Part shown: piece after piece, positions 11,940 through 24,005 of the stretch | Position numbering within the stretch: the first letter of the stretch is position 1 | Layout of the letters: each line of letters opens with the position of its first letter | Assembly: GCA_951406725.2 (NCBI GenBank) | Contig: OX597836.1 | Location: 3,224,001-3,288,000, forward strand | Length of the DNA stretch: 64,000 nucleotides | From: Octopus vulgaris | Lineage: Eukaryota | Direction: 5' to 3' | Made by a program: the position numbers and the translations under genes | Notes under the pieces: model-generated | What the model was told of the DNA's origin: nothing | What the model saw: the letters and a program-made list of their open reading frames with translations, nothing else | Database searches by the model: none

Positions 11940-12124
11940 CTTTATTTAAAGCAGCAGAACATTCAACAAAACCTGTTACTCTGAGTTTCCCGTTGCCGTT
12001 CATCGGACAGTTTTTGCTAGAATAGAACCGATATCGTTTCTATTCTTGCAAAAACTGTCCGATGAACGGCAACGGAAACTCAGAGTAACAGGTTTTGTTA
12101 AATGTTTTGCAGCTTTAAATAAAG
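11940..12124. repeat. 185 bp near-perfect palindrome centred on GATATC (Penelope-like terminal repeat with an inverted copy)
   Basis: The arm CTTTATTTAAAGC...CCTGTTACTCTGAGTTTCCCGTTGCCGTTCATCGGACAGTTTTTGC pairs with its reverse complement with a few mismatches and one indel. The right arm continues as a unique tail into (TA)n at about 12195. Confidence 0.95.
12051..12096 (+). ncRNA. Minimal type I hammerhead-like motif (mirror copy on the minus strand at about 11968-12014)
   Basis: AAAACUGU CCGAUGA ACG-GCAA-CG GAAA CUC-A-GAG UA ACAGGUUUU. It has a U4C core variant, a very short GNRA-capped stem II, stem III with a 1-nt loop, and a GUA triplet. Confidence 0.68.
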
Positions 12125-12193
12125 CATATTACTCTACCACTGGTATTTGAGTACTCTTTTTTCCACCTTGTTTCACATTTATGTGTTTACTCT

Positions 12194-12238
<45 letters not shown>

Positions 12239-13108
12239 GTGTAAAAAAGATTGAAACCGCTTTCTATATTTTTATGTGCCTATGTATATTTTGTTTTATT
12301 TCTCATTTTGATGATTTCAGTAGTTTTAATATGACCATGCTAGAGCACCACATGATTGTTTCATATTTATTTATTGCTATTTTAAAAAGACTTAAACGAT
12401 AAGGAAAATATCTTCCTTCAGTACTTTTTCCTACCACAAAATTTCATTCGAACTTTCATTTCATTTGCTATCTCACCACCTCTCTCATCCACTATTTAAC
12501 CACCTCTCTTCTCTCTCTCTCTCTCTCACTTTTCCATCTTTGGATCATGAATGTAAAACGAAGATCTGGTTATGCACCTCGCTTAAAACGCAAAAGTATT
12601 ATGTTAAGATACACACGTATAAACAATATAATACAAAACAAAACAGCAAAAATGATAAAAAATATATCATGCAGGAAAAAAAAAAGCCTTGATCAATTCA
12701 CCATTCGTTGATGACGCGCAGATGGTTCGAACCTAAAGCCACATCCTGGCGAGGCGTTTTTGTGAACCATAAATCGATAGGAAGATCCACTGCATTAATC
12801 TTATTACCACGATTGATGCCATTTCTTAAAAGGATATTAGAGATTTATATATCTATATGTCTAACTCTTTTCATGTCGCAATATATATATATATAAATTA
12901 TACATACATATAGATATATAGATATAAATATGGAGAGATATACCATACACGTTAAACACATATTTATATGTACATTATATATATACATCGTAATAATAGT
13001 AATAACAATCCATAATCCATGCATGGAATTTAATGTATATTTATACATATTTATTCATAGAGAGAGAGAAAAGATTATTTCATTACAGATATATGTGTGT
13101 GTGTGTAT

Positions 13109-13165
<57 letters not shown>

Positions 13166-13895
13166 CAAAAATAAAATACTATTTCTCTCTATTTTTTTTC
13201 CCTGACAAGATTCTACATCAATAGGAACAATTTATCTTCTTGACTTCTGAAACCCTTTGCACTTCCTTGATGGTTCTCATTTGCTGGCAGAGTCTCATCT
13301 ATATGCCAATGGTTGGCACCCGATCATGTTCCCCCCTACAAACATATATACATATTGTATAGGCACATATAACATATATATATATATAACGTGACGTATT
13401 GATTATAATATATTATACACGCATAGAAATATGCGTTTATATGTAATTACATGTCCGTATAAACATATATATATATATATATATATACATGTGCGATTTA
13501 CTTGGCAGCTGACCATTTCTCCACGCGTATGTAGCTCATTTCTCATTCATCTGTCCGTTACACTTCGTTCTACATGTTCCAGCATGTACGTGACTATATG
13601 TATACGTTAGGGGATACATAAGTATATGTCGGTAACTATATATATTTATATATATATATATATATATACGTATGTGCATGAATATGTGTATAAGCTTTTA
13701 AATATATACATATATGTGATATATACCTGTATGTATATATATAGAAAACCAATATTCATCACTGTATGTATTGCACGTGTATATATATGTATGCATGAAT
13801 GTTTATAATTATGTATATATGTGATAATCCTAAAGTTAGGCACGTGCCTTCGAAATTAGCGTGGGTGTGGGACCCTATGTATGTATATATCTATC

Positions 13896-13945
<50 letters not shown>

Positions 13946-14443
13946 TGTATATGCAAAAATATGTATTACGTATATATGTATATATCTATATATATATATA
14001 CATACATACAAACATATATCTACAAATGCAAGCAAAAAGAGGGATATGTGTGAGGAGTGATAGAGGGCGATTTCTGGCATGGAACCATGCACTTTTCGGG
14101 GGAGGCGGGTGTAGGTTAAATCATTTGATTGTTGGCACAGTCGAATATAATTTATGGCAAAGGTTGAAAACGGGAAACATTTTAAATTGAAAATTAATAT
14201 TTACATGATAATTTATGTGCATATATACATACACATAAACATATACATAAATACACCCGCATACATATATATGTACGTATAAACATATACATATATACGC
14301 ACGCATATATATATATATATATATATATATGATCTACTTGTTCTATTTGACTGGCGCTTATTATCGTATTCCTCCTTAACTTCTGGGTTCCTACCTTCTT
14401 TGTATATAAATATATTTTTCCAAACAAACCCACCCCTACTATA

Positions 14444-14477
<34 letters not shown>

Positions 14478-15157
14478 TTGGAGACTTCTATACATTAATC
14501 CACAGATTGTTTTCATTCGTTTCTCGAAGCTGGGCGTATATTCTATAGTGGACCTTTTGTAAGTTAGTTAGATAGATATTGAGAGATAGATAGATAGATA
14601 GAGAAGATAGATAGAGAAGATAGATAGAGAAGATAGATAGATAGAGAAGATAGATAGATAGATAGATTGATAGATAGATAGATTGATAGGTAGATAGATA
14701 GGTAATAAGTAGAGATGTATTTTCATGTAAACCTAGAATCATAATGATGTATGTAAATCTATTTAAATTTAATTTTTACTTGTTTACATTCCTAGATACC
14801 CAGATATGTATGCATAGTTCTACGCACATGCATGTATGATTGAATAAATACAAACGCGTACTTGTGTGGGTACATGAATATTTGCATGCATATATACATA
14901 CATATATACATTACAAAATTCGTTATTCTTCTTCTCATCTCAGGTCTCATAGTTGGTGTTTAATCAGACATGTATTTGGAAATGTAAATTGTTAATTTGT
15001 TTAAAATTGCTGAGTTTTATAGGAGAACCTACAAATTCGTTTAGTATATCGGGTTGTGCTGTACTTTTATTAAAATTGCCAAGCTTTCACACATCTTTTT
15101 GTATGTATGCCTCGAAATGTATATAAATGTACATTATATATGTATATATGTATATAT

Positions 15158-15461
15158 ATCACCGTGACCGACCAGACTATCAGATGGTGCTACACATCGC
15201 TGGTCACAATGCGCTTCGCATTGCTTTAGCCTTCAAATGACGCCACCCCGCTGGCTAAGCGAGCAGGCCAACAATAGAAAGAGTGAGAGAAAGTTGTGGC
15301 GAAAGAGAACAGCAGGGACCGCCACCACCCCCCTGCCGGAGCCTCGTGGAGCTTTTAGGTGTTTTCATTCAATAAACATTCACAACGCCCGGTCTGGGAA
15401 TCGAAACCGCGATCCTACGACCGCGAGTCCGCTGCCCTAACCACTGGGCCATGGCCCCTCC
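15158..15461 (-). mobile_element. SINE family C, full length
   Basis: Minus-strand head GGAGGGGCCATGGCCCAGTGGTTAGGGCAGCGGACTCGCGGTCGTAGGATCGCGGTTTCGATTCCCAG with A and B boxes. Same body as 6025-6310. Confidence 0.9.
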
Positions 15462-16712
15462 ACATATATATATATATATATATAATCAAAATATGCAACA
15501 GGGTATCAAGAAGTGGTGGAGTACGACCGTTTCAAGCGATTCCATTTAATTGAATAAGGCAATCATTACATCATATTAAATGTGGGGTTATCGTTAGCTT
15601 CACAAATAAATGGTATTTTAATTAGTCGGACACATTAATATAATTTCCCTAAAATGCTCCAACAGAGCAAGAAGATGGAAGAAATCCAGTTTGCCACTTT
15701 TCTAGCTAAGAATATACTACACGTCCAAGAAAAGGATGGGTCTTACTGGGGTCAGAGCTTGTAAAGGATTGTAGTTCATTTCTAATCTGTTTGTCTTTTA
15801 TCAACTACTATATCTAAGACTAAGCGACTGTGTCTGTTTGGAATGAGGAGCAAGAGGGAGTTGACAGCTCATGGCTCAAGACATTAGTAGTAAATTGGGT
15901 ATAAGGTAACTGTCTATAAAGGAGGCTGGATAGGGGAAGATCCTAAGTCATGGTGTCAATTACCAGTTAAAGGGGCAAGACGCTAATAAAATATATTAAA
16001 ATTTTGTTTATTTGTGCAGATGATGAGAGCCCTGCAGTTAAATTGATGTAATGATTGCATTGTTCGGTTAAATGGTCGTACTGCATCACTTATTGATATC
16101 TTGTTGCTTATTTCGATTTTATTCACCTTACTTCGGGCTATGCGGATAATACCTGACTGACTTGGTCCTTCAACCTCAATACCTAATTCGACCAAATCTC
16201 AATTATTGCTTTTATATATGGATCAAGTACTAGTATTCATTAACTATTTTTCCTATTGTTCCTACGAGTATTGTTATCTGTTTCAAGTTTACTGACTCCC
16301 TGTCCAAGAATTCTGTTGCATATATGGATATAATAAATAAAAACAAATTTATATAATAAATGGATCAAGTATTTTGAGACCATATATAAACAGAAGATAC
16401 AAATATTACAGGCATCACCCCCACACACACACACACTAAATAAACATAGACGCACATAGAGATATAAGCATGCGCAAATGAAGACATACAATAGAAATAC
16501 AAAATGGCTGACGGTTAGTAAGGAGAGACAAAAATAAGAAAGAAGAAAACAAAGGACCACTGATGCGGTCACAGGAGTGTGACGAAAGGACTCTGGCCGA
16601 AATAAGATTAAGATTAATGTAAAAAATAAATAACACTGAAGCAAAATAACACCAAATATATAGTGCGTGTGTTTTTATTGGCTAAACTAGCAAAATGACC
16701 ATTCCGAAATAT

Positions 16713-16716
<4 letters not shown>

Positions 16717-16756
<40 letters not shown>

Positions 16757-17426
16757 CATATGTATTCTTTTTTCACTTCAGCTTTATTATTGCATACATA
16801 CATATATGTATGTGTATATATATATATACATACATACATACATATATATACATACATACATATATATATATATACATACGTATATACATACATATATATA
16901 TACATATATACATACATATAAATATACATACATATAAATATATATACATACATATAAATATACATACATATAAATATATATACATACATATATATACACA
17001 TACATATATATACACATACATACATACATATAAATATATATACATACATATATATACACATACATACATACATATAGATATATATATACATACATATAGA
17101 TATATATATACATACATATATATACACATACATACATACATACATATAGATATATATATACATACATACATATAAATATATATACATACATACATATATA
17201 TATATACATACATACATATATATATATACACATACATACATACATACATATAAAATATATATATATATACATACATATAAATATATATATATAGATACAT
17301 ATAAATATACATACATATAAATATATATATACATACATATAAATATACATATATACATACATATAAATATACATATATATACATGCATATATATATATAT
17401 ACATGCATATATATATATATATGCAC

Positions 17427-17457
<31 letters not shown>

Positions 17458-17460
17458 CAC
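16717..17460. repeat. Compound (TA)n/(CATA)n microsatellite array
   Basis: About 740 bp of TA/CATA units; source of the 215-268 aa YI/CM ORFs. Confidence 0.95.
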
Positions 17461-17591
17461 AGCAAATTTAACCTTAGCAAAACTTCACCAGTGGATTGAT
17501 AAATAAATTCAGACGTTGGATGAAATATTGCGCAGAATATAGTTACCATTTTCTGCGTACCGAATAAAAATCCTTTCATTCATCCCTTCAG

Positions 17592-17614
17592 GATGATGAA
17601 AATAATGTTCCAAG
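17592..17614 (+). CDS. Candidate 23-nt microexon of gene 1
   Basis: TTTCATTCATCCCTTCAG|GATGATGAAAATAATGTTCCAAG|GTATTT. Phase 0 in, phase 2 out; encodes DDENNVPR. Confidence 0.5.
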
Positions 17615-17792
17615 GTATTTCTCGGAGTGATATATTTGATTAACAGCGCCTTCAAACTGGTGCCATCTTGACTAAGTTTGAAACTGCACAGGCACATGAT
17701 CAGACTTTTGCGAAGATTATTTACTCTCAATGTCTTCTTTTCTCCTTTTCCTTCTCCTCCTCCTCCTCTTCCTTTTGTTTTTATCGACGTAG

Positions 17793-17853
17793 ACACCCTC
17801 TCAGTTTCCCCTACCCTTCTTCCAACGGACCATCCATGGAGGGAAACAGCTAA
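17793..17853 (+). CDS. Candidate terminal coding exon of gene 1 (followed by UTR-like unique sequence)
   Basis: Very long pyrimidine tract ending CGTAG|. The phase-2 join gives (R)HPLSFPYPSSNGPSMEGNS*. Confidence 0.5.
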
Positions 17854-18592
17854 CTCATTTCCCGTTTGCACCGATTTTACTTTACGAGTCAATAAAGACA
17901 ACGTGAAAGAAAATGACTTTCTCTTCAAGTTTACAATGCACTGCTCCGACCAGGATTCGAACCGACAATATCATACACTTCATCTCACTACAACACACGA
18001 TGTACACACCATTTCCCATGTACAAATCCAAAAGTTCCAATGCCTTCCTGTTTCTGGAATTTCAACAAATAGTTAAGTAAAGATTTGAACTTCCACACTG
18101 ATCAGCTGTAACGATCGCTTCGATATCCATTTATCCATTGTGCCAATCTTTTTTTTGATAAATAATAAATCTCCTTCCAAGCAAACAACAAAAGACTCTT
18201 CACAATGAGACTCGACACACAAGGAAAACTTTCTCCAAAGTATTTACTCAAATTGCTTTCATTTCAGATCTTTTTCTTGATGTCTTTATTCGGATACGTA
18301 TATATCAATGCTATCGCCACTATCAACATTATTATTATTATTATTATTGGTTTCATTACCATTAATACCACTATCACAACTACTACTTCAATTACTACTA
18401 TTAAAACAACAGTAACAACAAATAATAACAATAAAAAGAACAGCAACAACAACAATAATTTTAGTTTCATTTTTTTTTTCAGATCAAGCTGTTTCTTCCA
18501 AAAACCACCCGCCATTTTGAATTCTTTCCTTGTTCCTTCCATATTATACGTATTTTGCTGTTATATTCTCTTACATAAACACACACACACAT

Positions 18593-18625
<33 letters not shown>

Positions 18626-18687
18626 GAGACATAAATGTGTGTGTGAATCTGTTATATATATAGCCATACATATGTGTGTGTGAATGT

Positions 18688-18731
<44 letters not shown>

Positions 18732-20162
18732 CCATACATAGGTGTATGTGAATATGTTTGTATATATATATCAAAACATACATATATTTACACATACGCA
18801 CACACGGGCATATATATTGTATGTATGTGTGTACAAAACTTTGAACAACACACATACACTTGCGCCACCTGGAGGAGGTCTCATCGCCGTCTTCTGCTAT
18901 TTGATTCATGTTCAATAGTTGTTCCCCCTTTGCCGAAGGTCTTCTAATATCTTTTCTTCTTTCCATATTTTTCTGTATTTCTCTTTCATTTTAACATTTT
19001 TGTTTTTGGTTTTTTTTTCTCAATTTCTTTGCGTTTTATATATATATTGTCTTTTTTCTTTTCTTTTCTATGATTTTTGCATTCGTTTCCATATTTTTTT
19101 TTACTTTATCGTTTTCTCCTTAATTTCAGTTATATGTCTGCTTTTCATTTTCTTTATTTTATTTTGTTGCTGTTGTTTTATGTGCCTTTTGTTGTTGCTA
19201 CAAATGTTCATCCTCTTGTTGCTCCCGGTTTCTTCTTTTTCATATTTACATCTTTACATTTTTCTTTAGCTTTTGTTTCGTTGTGGTTGTTGTTGTAATT
19301 GTTCATTTGACTGGTGTTGTTGTTGTTCTTATGGTTGTTTTCCCATTAACTAAAATATAGATTTCCTACATATACATACGTACATACATATATACGTATG
19401 CATACATATGCATACGCGTATATTTATATATACATATATACACATACGTATGTATGAATATGTCTATGTATGTATAAATATATACATTTATATACCTATA
19501 TATACACACAAACATATATATATATATCTTCATTTTATCTTCCATATTCATTGGTAAAGAACATTGGATTTTTCTCGATCTTTTCCCTTTACACACTCAC
19601 CCAACACACACAAACATATATATATATATATTTATTCAAATATATTTATATCTATCTCTCTCTCTATATATATATATATATGTATGGACATTATAAGTAC
19701 TCATATACATATATGCATACATGTGTGTATATAAGTATACACCCTTTTCTATGTACCTCTGCTCAGGTATGCGTATATATTCGTTTCTGTGTATATAAAC
19801 GTGTGTGTGTATGATTCGACGTTCCGTTTATATCTAGCCTCCTCTCTTTCCACCCTCCTTTTAGCTGTCTGTCTGACTGGCTGACTGTCTTCCTTTATAT
19901 CCCTGTCTCCCATTTTTTTCAATTATTTTACTTCTTTTAAGGGTGGTTCTTTTCCCTATGATATATTTTGCTTTCAATTCTTCACTCTTCTGTTGGTCTT
20001 TATTTTTAACAGTCTGGGAATAGTAGAAGAAAATTCAAAGAAAATTTTGTAAAATATGCAAAAATATCGGTAATATAAATGATTCTCAGTTTATTCCACT
20101 TGCCACGTTCATTCCGTTTCTAATTCTTCTTTTACATAGCTGCATATTTATCTACACACACG

Positions 20163-20210
<48 letters not shown>

Positions 20211-20380
20211 TTCATATATGTCTTTAAGCATACATACATATATATATATATATATTATATATATATGCATGCATATATGTCTTTATGCATACATACAAAT
20301 ATATATATATATACATAAATATGTGTATGTAAGTGAGTGTGCTTGAACATATAGTTATATCTATGAACGAATACATTTTC

Positions 20381-20412
<32 letters not shown>

Positions 20413-20686
20413 CTTGAGCACGTATATAATTTATAAGTACATGTATATAGACTATACATATATTTTTTTACGTTCATTTATATATACATATAAACATACG
20501 CGTATACTTATATACATATATTTGTGTGTGTCTGTGTGTGTAAACACATATGAATATAGCAACTATCACATACGAGTATAGAGAGGCATGTGTATACTAA
20601 CAATACACACACACACATATACATATATATATATATACACGTATATTTACATATATACACACATACATATACATATATATATATTG

Positions 20687-20752
20687 ATGCATCAATATAC
20701 TTGTATATATGTGTATATATATATATATACATAGATGCATCAAAATACTTAC

Positions 20753-20785
<33 letters not shown>

Positions 20786-20804
20786 GATGCATCAAAATAC
20801 TTAC

Positions 20805-20835
<31 letters not shown>

Positions 20836-20894
20836 GATGCATCAAAATACTTACATATGTGTATATATATATATATATATATGCATCAAAATAC

Positions 20895-20935
<41 letters not shown>

Positions 20936-20992
20936 TCAAAATACTTACATATGTATATATATATATATATATAGATGCGTCAAAATACTTAC

Positions 20993-21028
<36 letters not shown>

Positions 21029-21097
21029 GCATCAATATACTTACATATGTGTGTTATATATATATATATATATATATACATGCATCAATATACTTAC

Positions 21098-21130
<33 letters not shown>

Positions 21131-21149
21131 CATGCATCAATATACTTAC

Positions 21150-21160
<11 letters not shown>
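20687..21160. repeat. Minisatellite: 10 x ATGCATCAA(A/T)ATACTTACATATGT separated by variable (TA)n
   Basis: Ten cores counted at about 20687, 20734, 20786, 20836, 20881, 20931, 20974, 21027, 21080 and 21132. Confidence 0.93.
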
Positions 21161-21214
<54 letters not shown>

Positions 21215-21963
21215 TATATAAAGCAACAGTCATTTTATTCAATATAATTTCTTATAGGTTCCCCCTCAAAGGCTGTGTATCAATCAATCTTTCTTCTGTA
21301 TATACATATATATCTCATTCCAATATATTCTATTCCTTCATGTTCGTTTATGAATTTAGTCTTTTTTTTTCCTTTCTGATTCTTCTAATCCTTTATTCAT
21401 AATTTCATCCAGTCATTCTTGCATACGTTTTCTTCTTACCCTCTCTTTTACTCTTCCATACACAACATCCATATTTCTTTCATATATTCTTTTCATTCAA
21501 ATTTTCTTTCATCTCATTTTTATCATTTTGCATCTTTCTTTCATCTATTAATTCCTTCAGTTCTTCCTACTTACGTATTTACTTCCTTCCCGCCTTCATT
21601 CTGCTCAGTTTCTTACTTCTACTTTTCTATTTTACTCTTTTTCTTTCTGCAGTATTTATTTATTTATTTATTTATTTATTCATTCTTTACTTAACCCAAC
21701 TACCCATTGCCTCTATTTCTCTTTTCCTAAGGTTTCACGTATCCTTACCATCTACCTATCCATGTATATTTACTTATATATCACCGCGTTTCGCTTTCTC
21801 CTATTCATCATATATATACATATATATATGTATGTATATATATATATGTATGTATATATATATATATATATACATGTATATATATATATATACATGTATA
21901 TATATGTATATATACATGTATATATAAATGTACATATATACATGTATATATACATATACATGT

Positions 21964-21995
<32 letters not shown>

Positions 21996-22155
21996 GTATA
22001 TATGCATGCATAAATGTGTATATATACATAACAATAGTGCATGTATACAAGGGTATACACAGGAACACACACATTTTTATATATGTATGTTTGCGTATCT
22101 GCATGAATATACTTACATGTATGCACATACAGACACATTTGTGTGTCTGTGTATA

Positions 22156-22198
<43 letters not shown>

Positions 22199-22759
22199 AT
22201 GTATATATATACATTATACATATGTATGTATGCATAAGTATACATGAACATGTCTACGTACACACCTACCTACAAACCTATCTCCTTATCTACCTTAACT
22301 CGCAGCGTGTCCTAATGTTTAACCGAATAGTTTTCTTATGTTTTTTCCTCCATTTATTCCAGAACCATCAACAGCAGAACAATTCCACAGTATGCTACTC
22401 TGTGATTCTATGAACCATTCTAGTTAGTTCCATGCGGTTTTATGTTGTTTCCTGTGTATGCCATAAGAATTTTAATCATACAAACTTAGTCTTCTGAGAG
22501 GAACACACAAAATTCATCTGTTCTCTCTGTATTGTAAGTTTCGCAATGTTTTGCCCTCTTTTTTCAAATTTACACAAATGCACCAAGGTTTGGTCTCTGA
22601 TTTCCCCCTCATACTCTTTTCTTTCCCTTCTCTTTCCTCGAACATAACAGGTGAGATATATATGTATATATATTTATGCGTGTGACACGATATACTTTTA
22701 CATGCCTACATACACGCAAATGTATATATGTACATCTACATGAAAATATATATATGTAT

Positions 22760-22953
22760 ATACATGCAGTTATATATATATACATTTATGTATATATTTA
22801 TGTAGTTATATCTATGTATACATTTATATATACATACATAATTATGTAGTTATATCTATGTGTACATTTATATATATATACATAATTATGTAGTTATATC
22901 TATGTGTACATTTATATATATATACATAATTATGTAGTTATATCTATGTGTAC

Positions 22954-22960
<7 letters not shown>
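22760..22960. repeat. Minisatellite, about 42 bp unit TACATAATTATGTAGTTATATCTATGTGTACATTTATATA
   Basis: Four to five tandem copies visible. Confidence 0.85.
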
Positions 22961-23004
<44 letters not shown>

Positions 23005-23690
23005 AGTTAAATATGTATACATTTATATATATATTTATGTAGTATATATATATATATATACACACACATTTATATATATATCTATGAAGTTATATATAAA
23101 CGTGTGTGTGTGCACGCGCAAGGAATAGTTAAGAAATAAAAAAGAGAGCAGAGAAAAGAGGTGAGAGAGAGGAGAGTAAAGAGGGGAAAGAGAGGGTTAG
23201 TATTCGAAACAAACATTTATGTCAAGCATTTACACTTTTGAAAAAACACGCAAAACTTTTTACTGAACATCAGAGTTCCATACGCTATTCCTTTTCCTCC
23301 ATTCAAAACTGCCAGCTTCCGTTTGCTTGTTGTTCTCACTGGTATATCATGGCGCATAATATTCTATGATTTCTTGTTCGAATACAAGAGTTGTTAACTT
23401 GCGCTTTCTTTCCACAATAATGGCTACGTCTCCATGTTTACAACGTTGCATTAGGTGTGTGCGTACGTACAAATATATACGCATACTTATATATTACATA
23501 CGTATATATGTATTTATGTCATATATTTATATATATATACATACATACATGCACACAGACAGTAAAGGAAGATGTATTTATGCATATATAAGTATGTATG
23601 TATGTGTGAATATACATATATATGTATGTTTTATATATATGCTTGTGAGTGTGTATATGTATCTTAAGCAGTTAAATATTCCAGTGTATG

Positions 23691-23722
<32 letters not shown>

Positions 23723-23728
23723 CATATG

Positions 23729-23925
23729 TATTAATACATATACACACATCTATATATATATATATGTATTAATACATATACACATACATCTATATATATA
23801 TATATGTATTAATACATATACACATACATCTATATATATATATAAGTATTAATACATATACACATACATCTATATATATATATATATATATATAAGTATT
23901 AATACATATACACATACATCTATAC
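23729..23925. repeat. Minisatellite: 5 x TATTAATACATATACACATACATC plus (TA)n
   Basis: Cores at about 23729, 23767, 23807, 23847 and 23897. Confidence 0.9.
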
Positions 23926-23958
23926 ATATATATATATATATGTATAATACATCTATAC

Positions 23959-24005
<47 letters not shown>

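Noticed and set aside
14944-14971. Possible extra exon after TTCTTCTTCTCATCTCAG
   Set aside because: It has an immediate stop in the phase required by gene 1 and a weak donor. It cannot be excluded as an alternative terminal exon, but nothing supports it.
15385-15461. tRNA gene
   Set aside because: The tRNA-like head continues into a multicopy SINE body and lacks a complete acceptor stem. The same applies to the other SINE heads.
16687-17579. Long ORFs of 215-268 aa rich in Y/I/C/M/V (also at 20590, 40668, 44347 and elsewhere)
   Set aside because: They are translations of (TA)n/(CA)n microsatellites, which lack stop codons by composition.
17678-18076. 132-aa ORF (and the antisense 139-aa ORF)
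   Set aside because: It runs through a pyrimidine tract that is better explained as a splice acceptor, and has no recognisable domain.
20687-21160. CRISPR-like repeat-spacer appearance
   Set aside because: The spacers are only (TA)n of variable length, there are no cas genes, and the context is eukaryotic.
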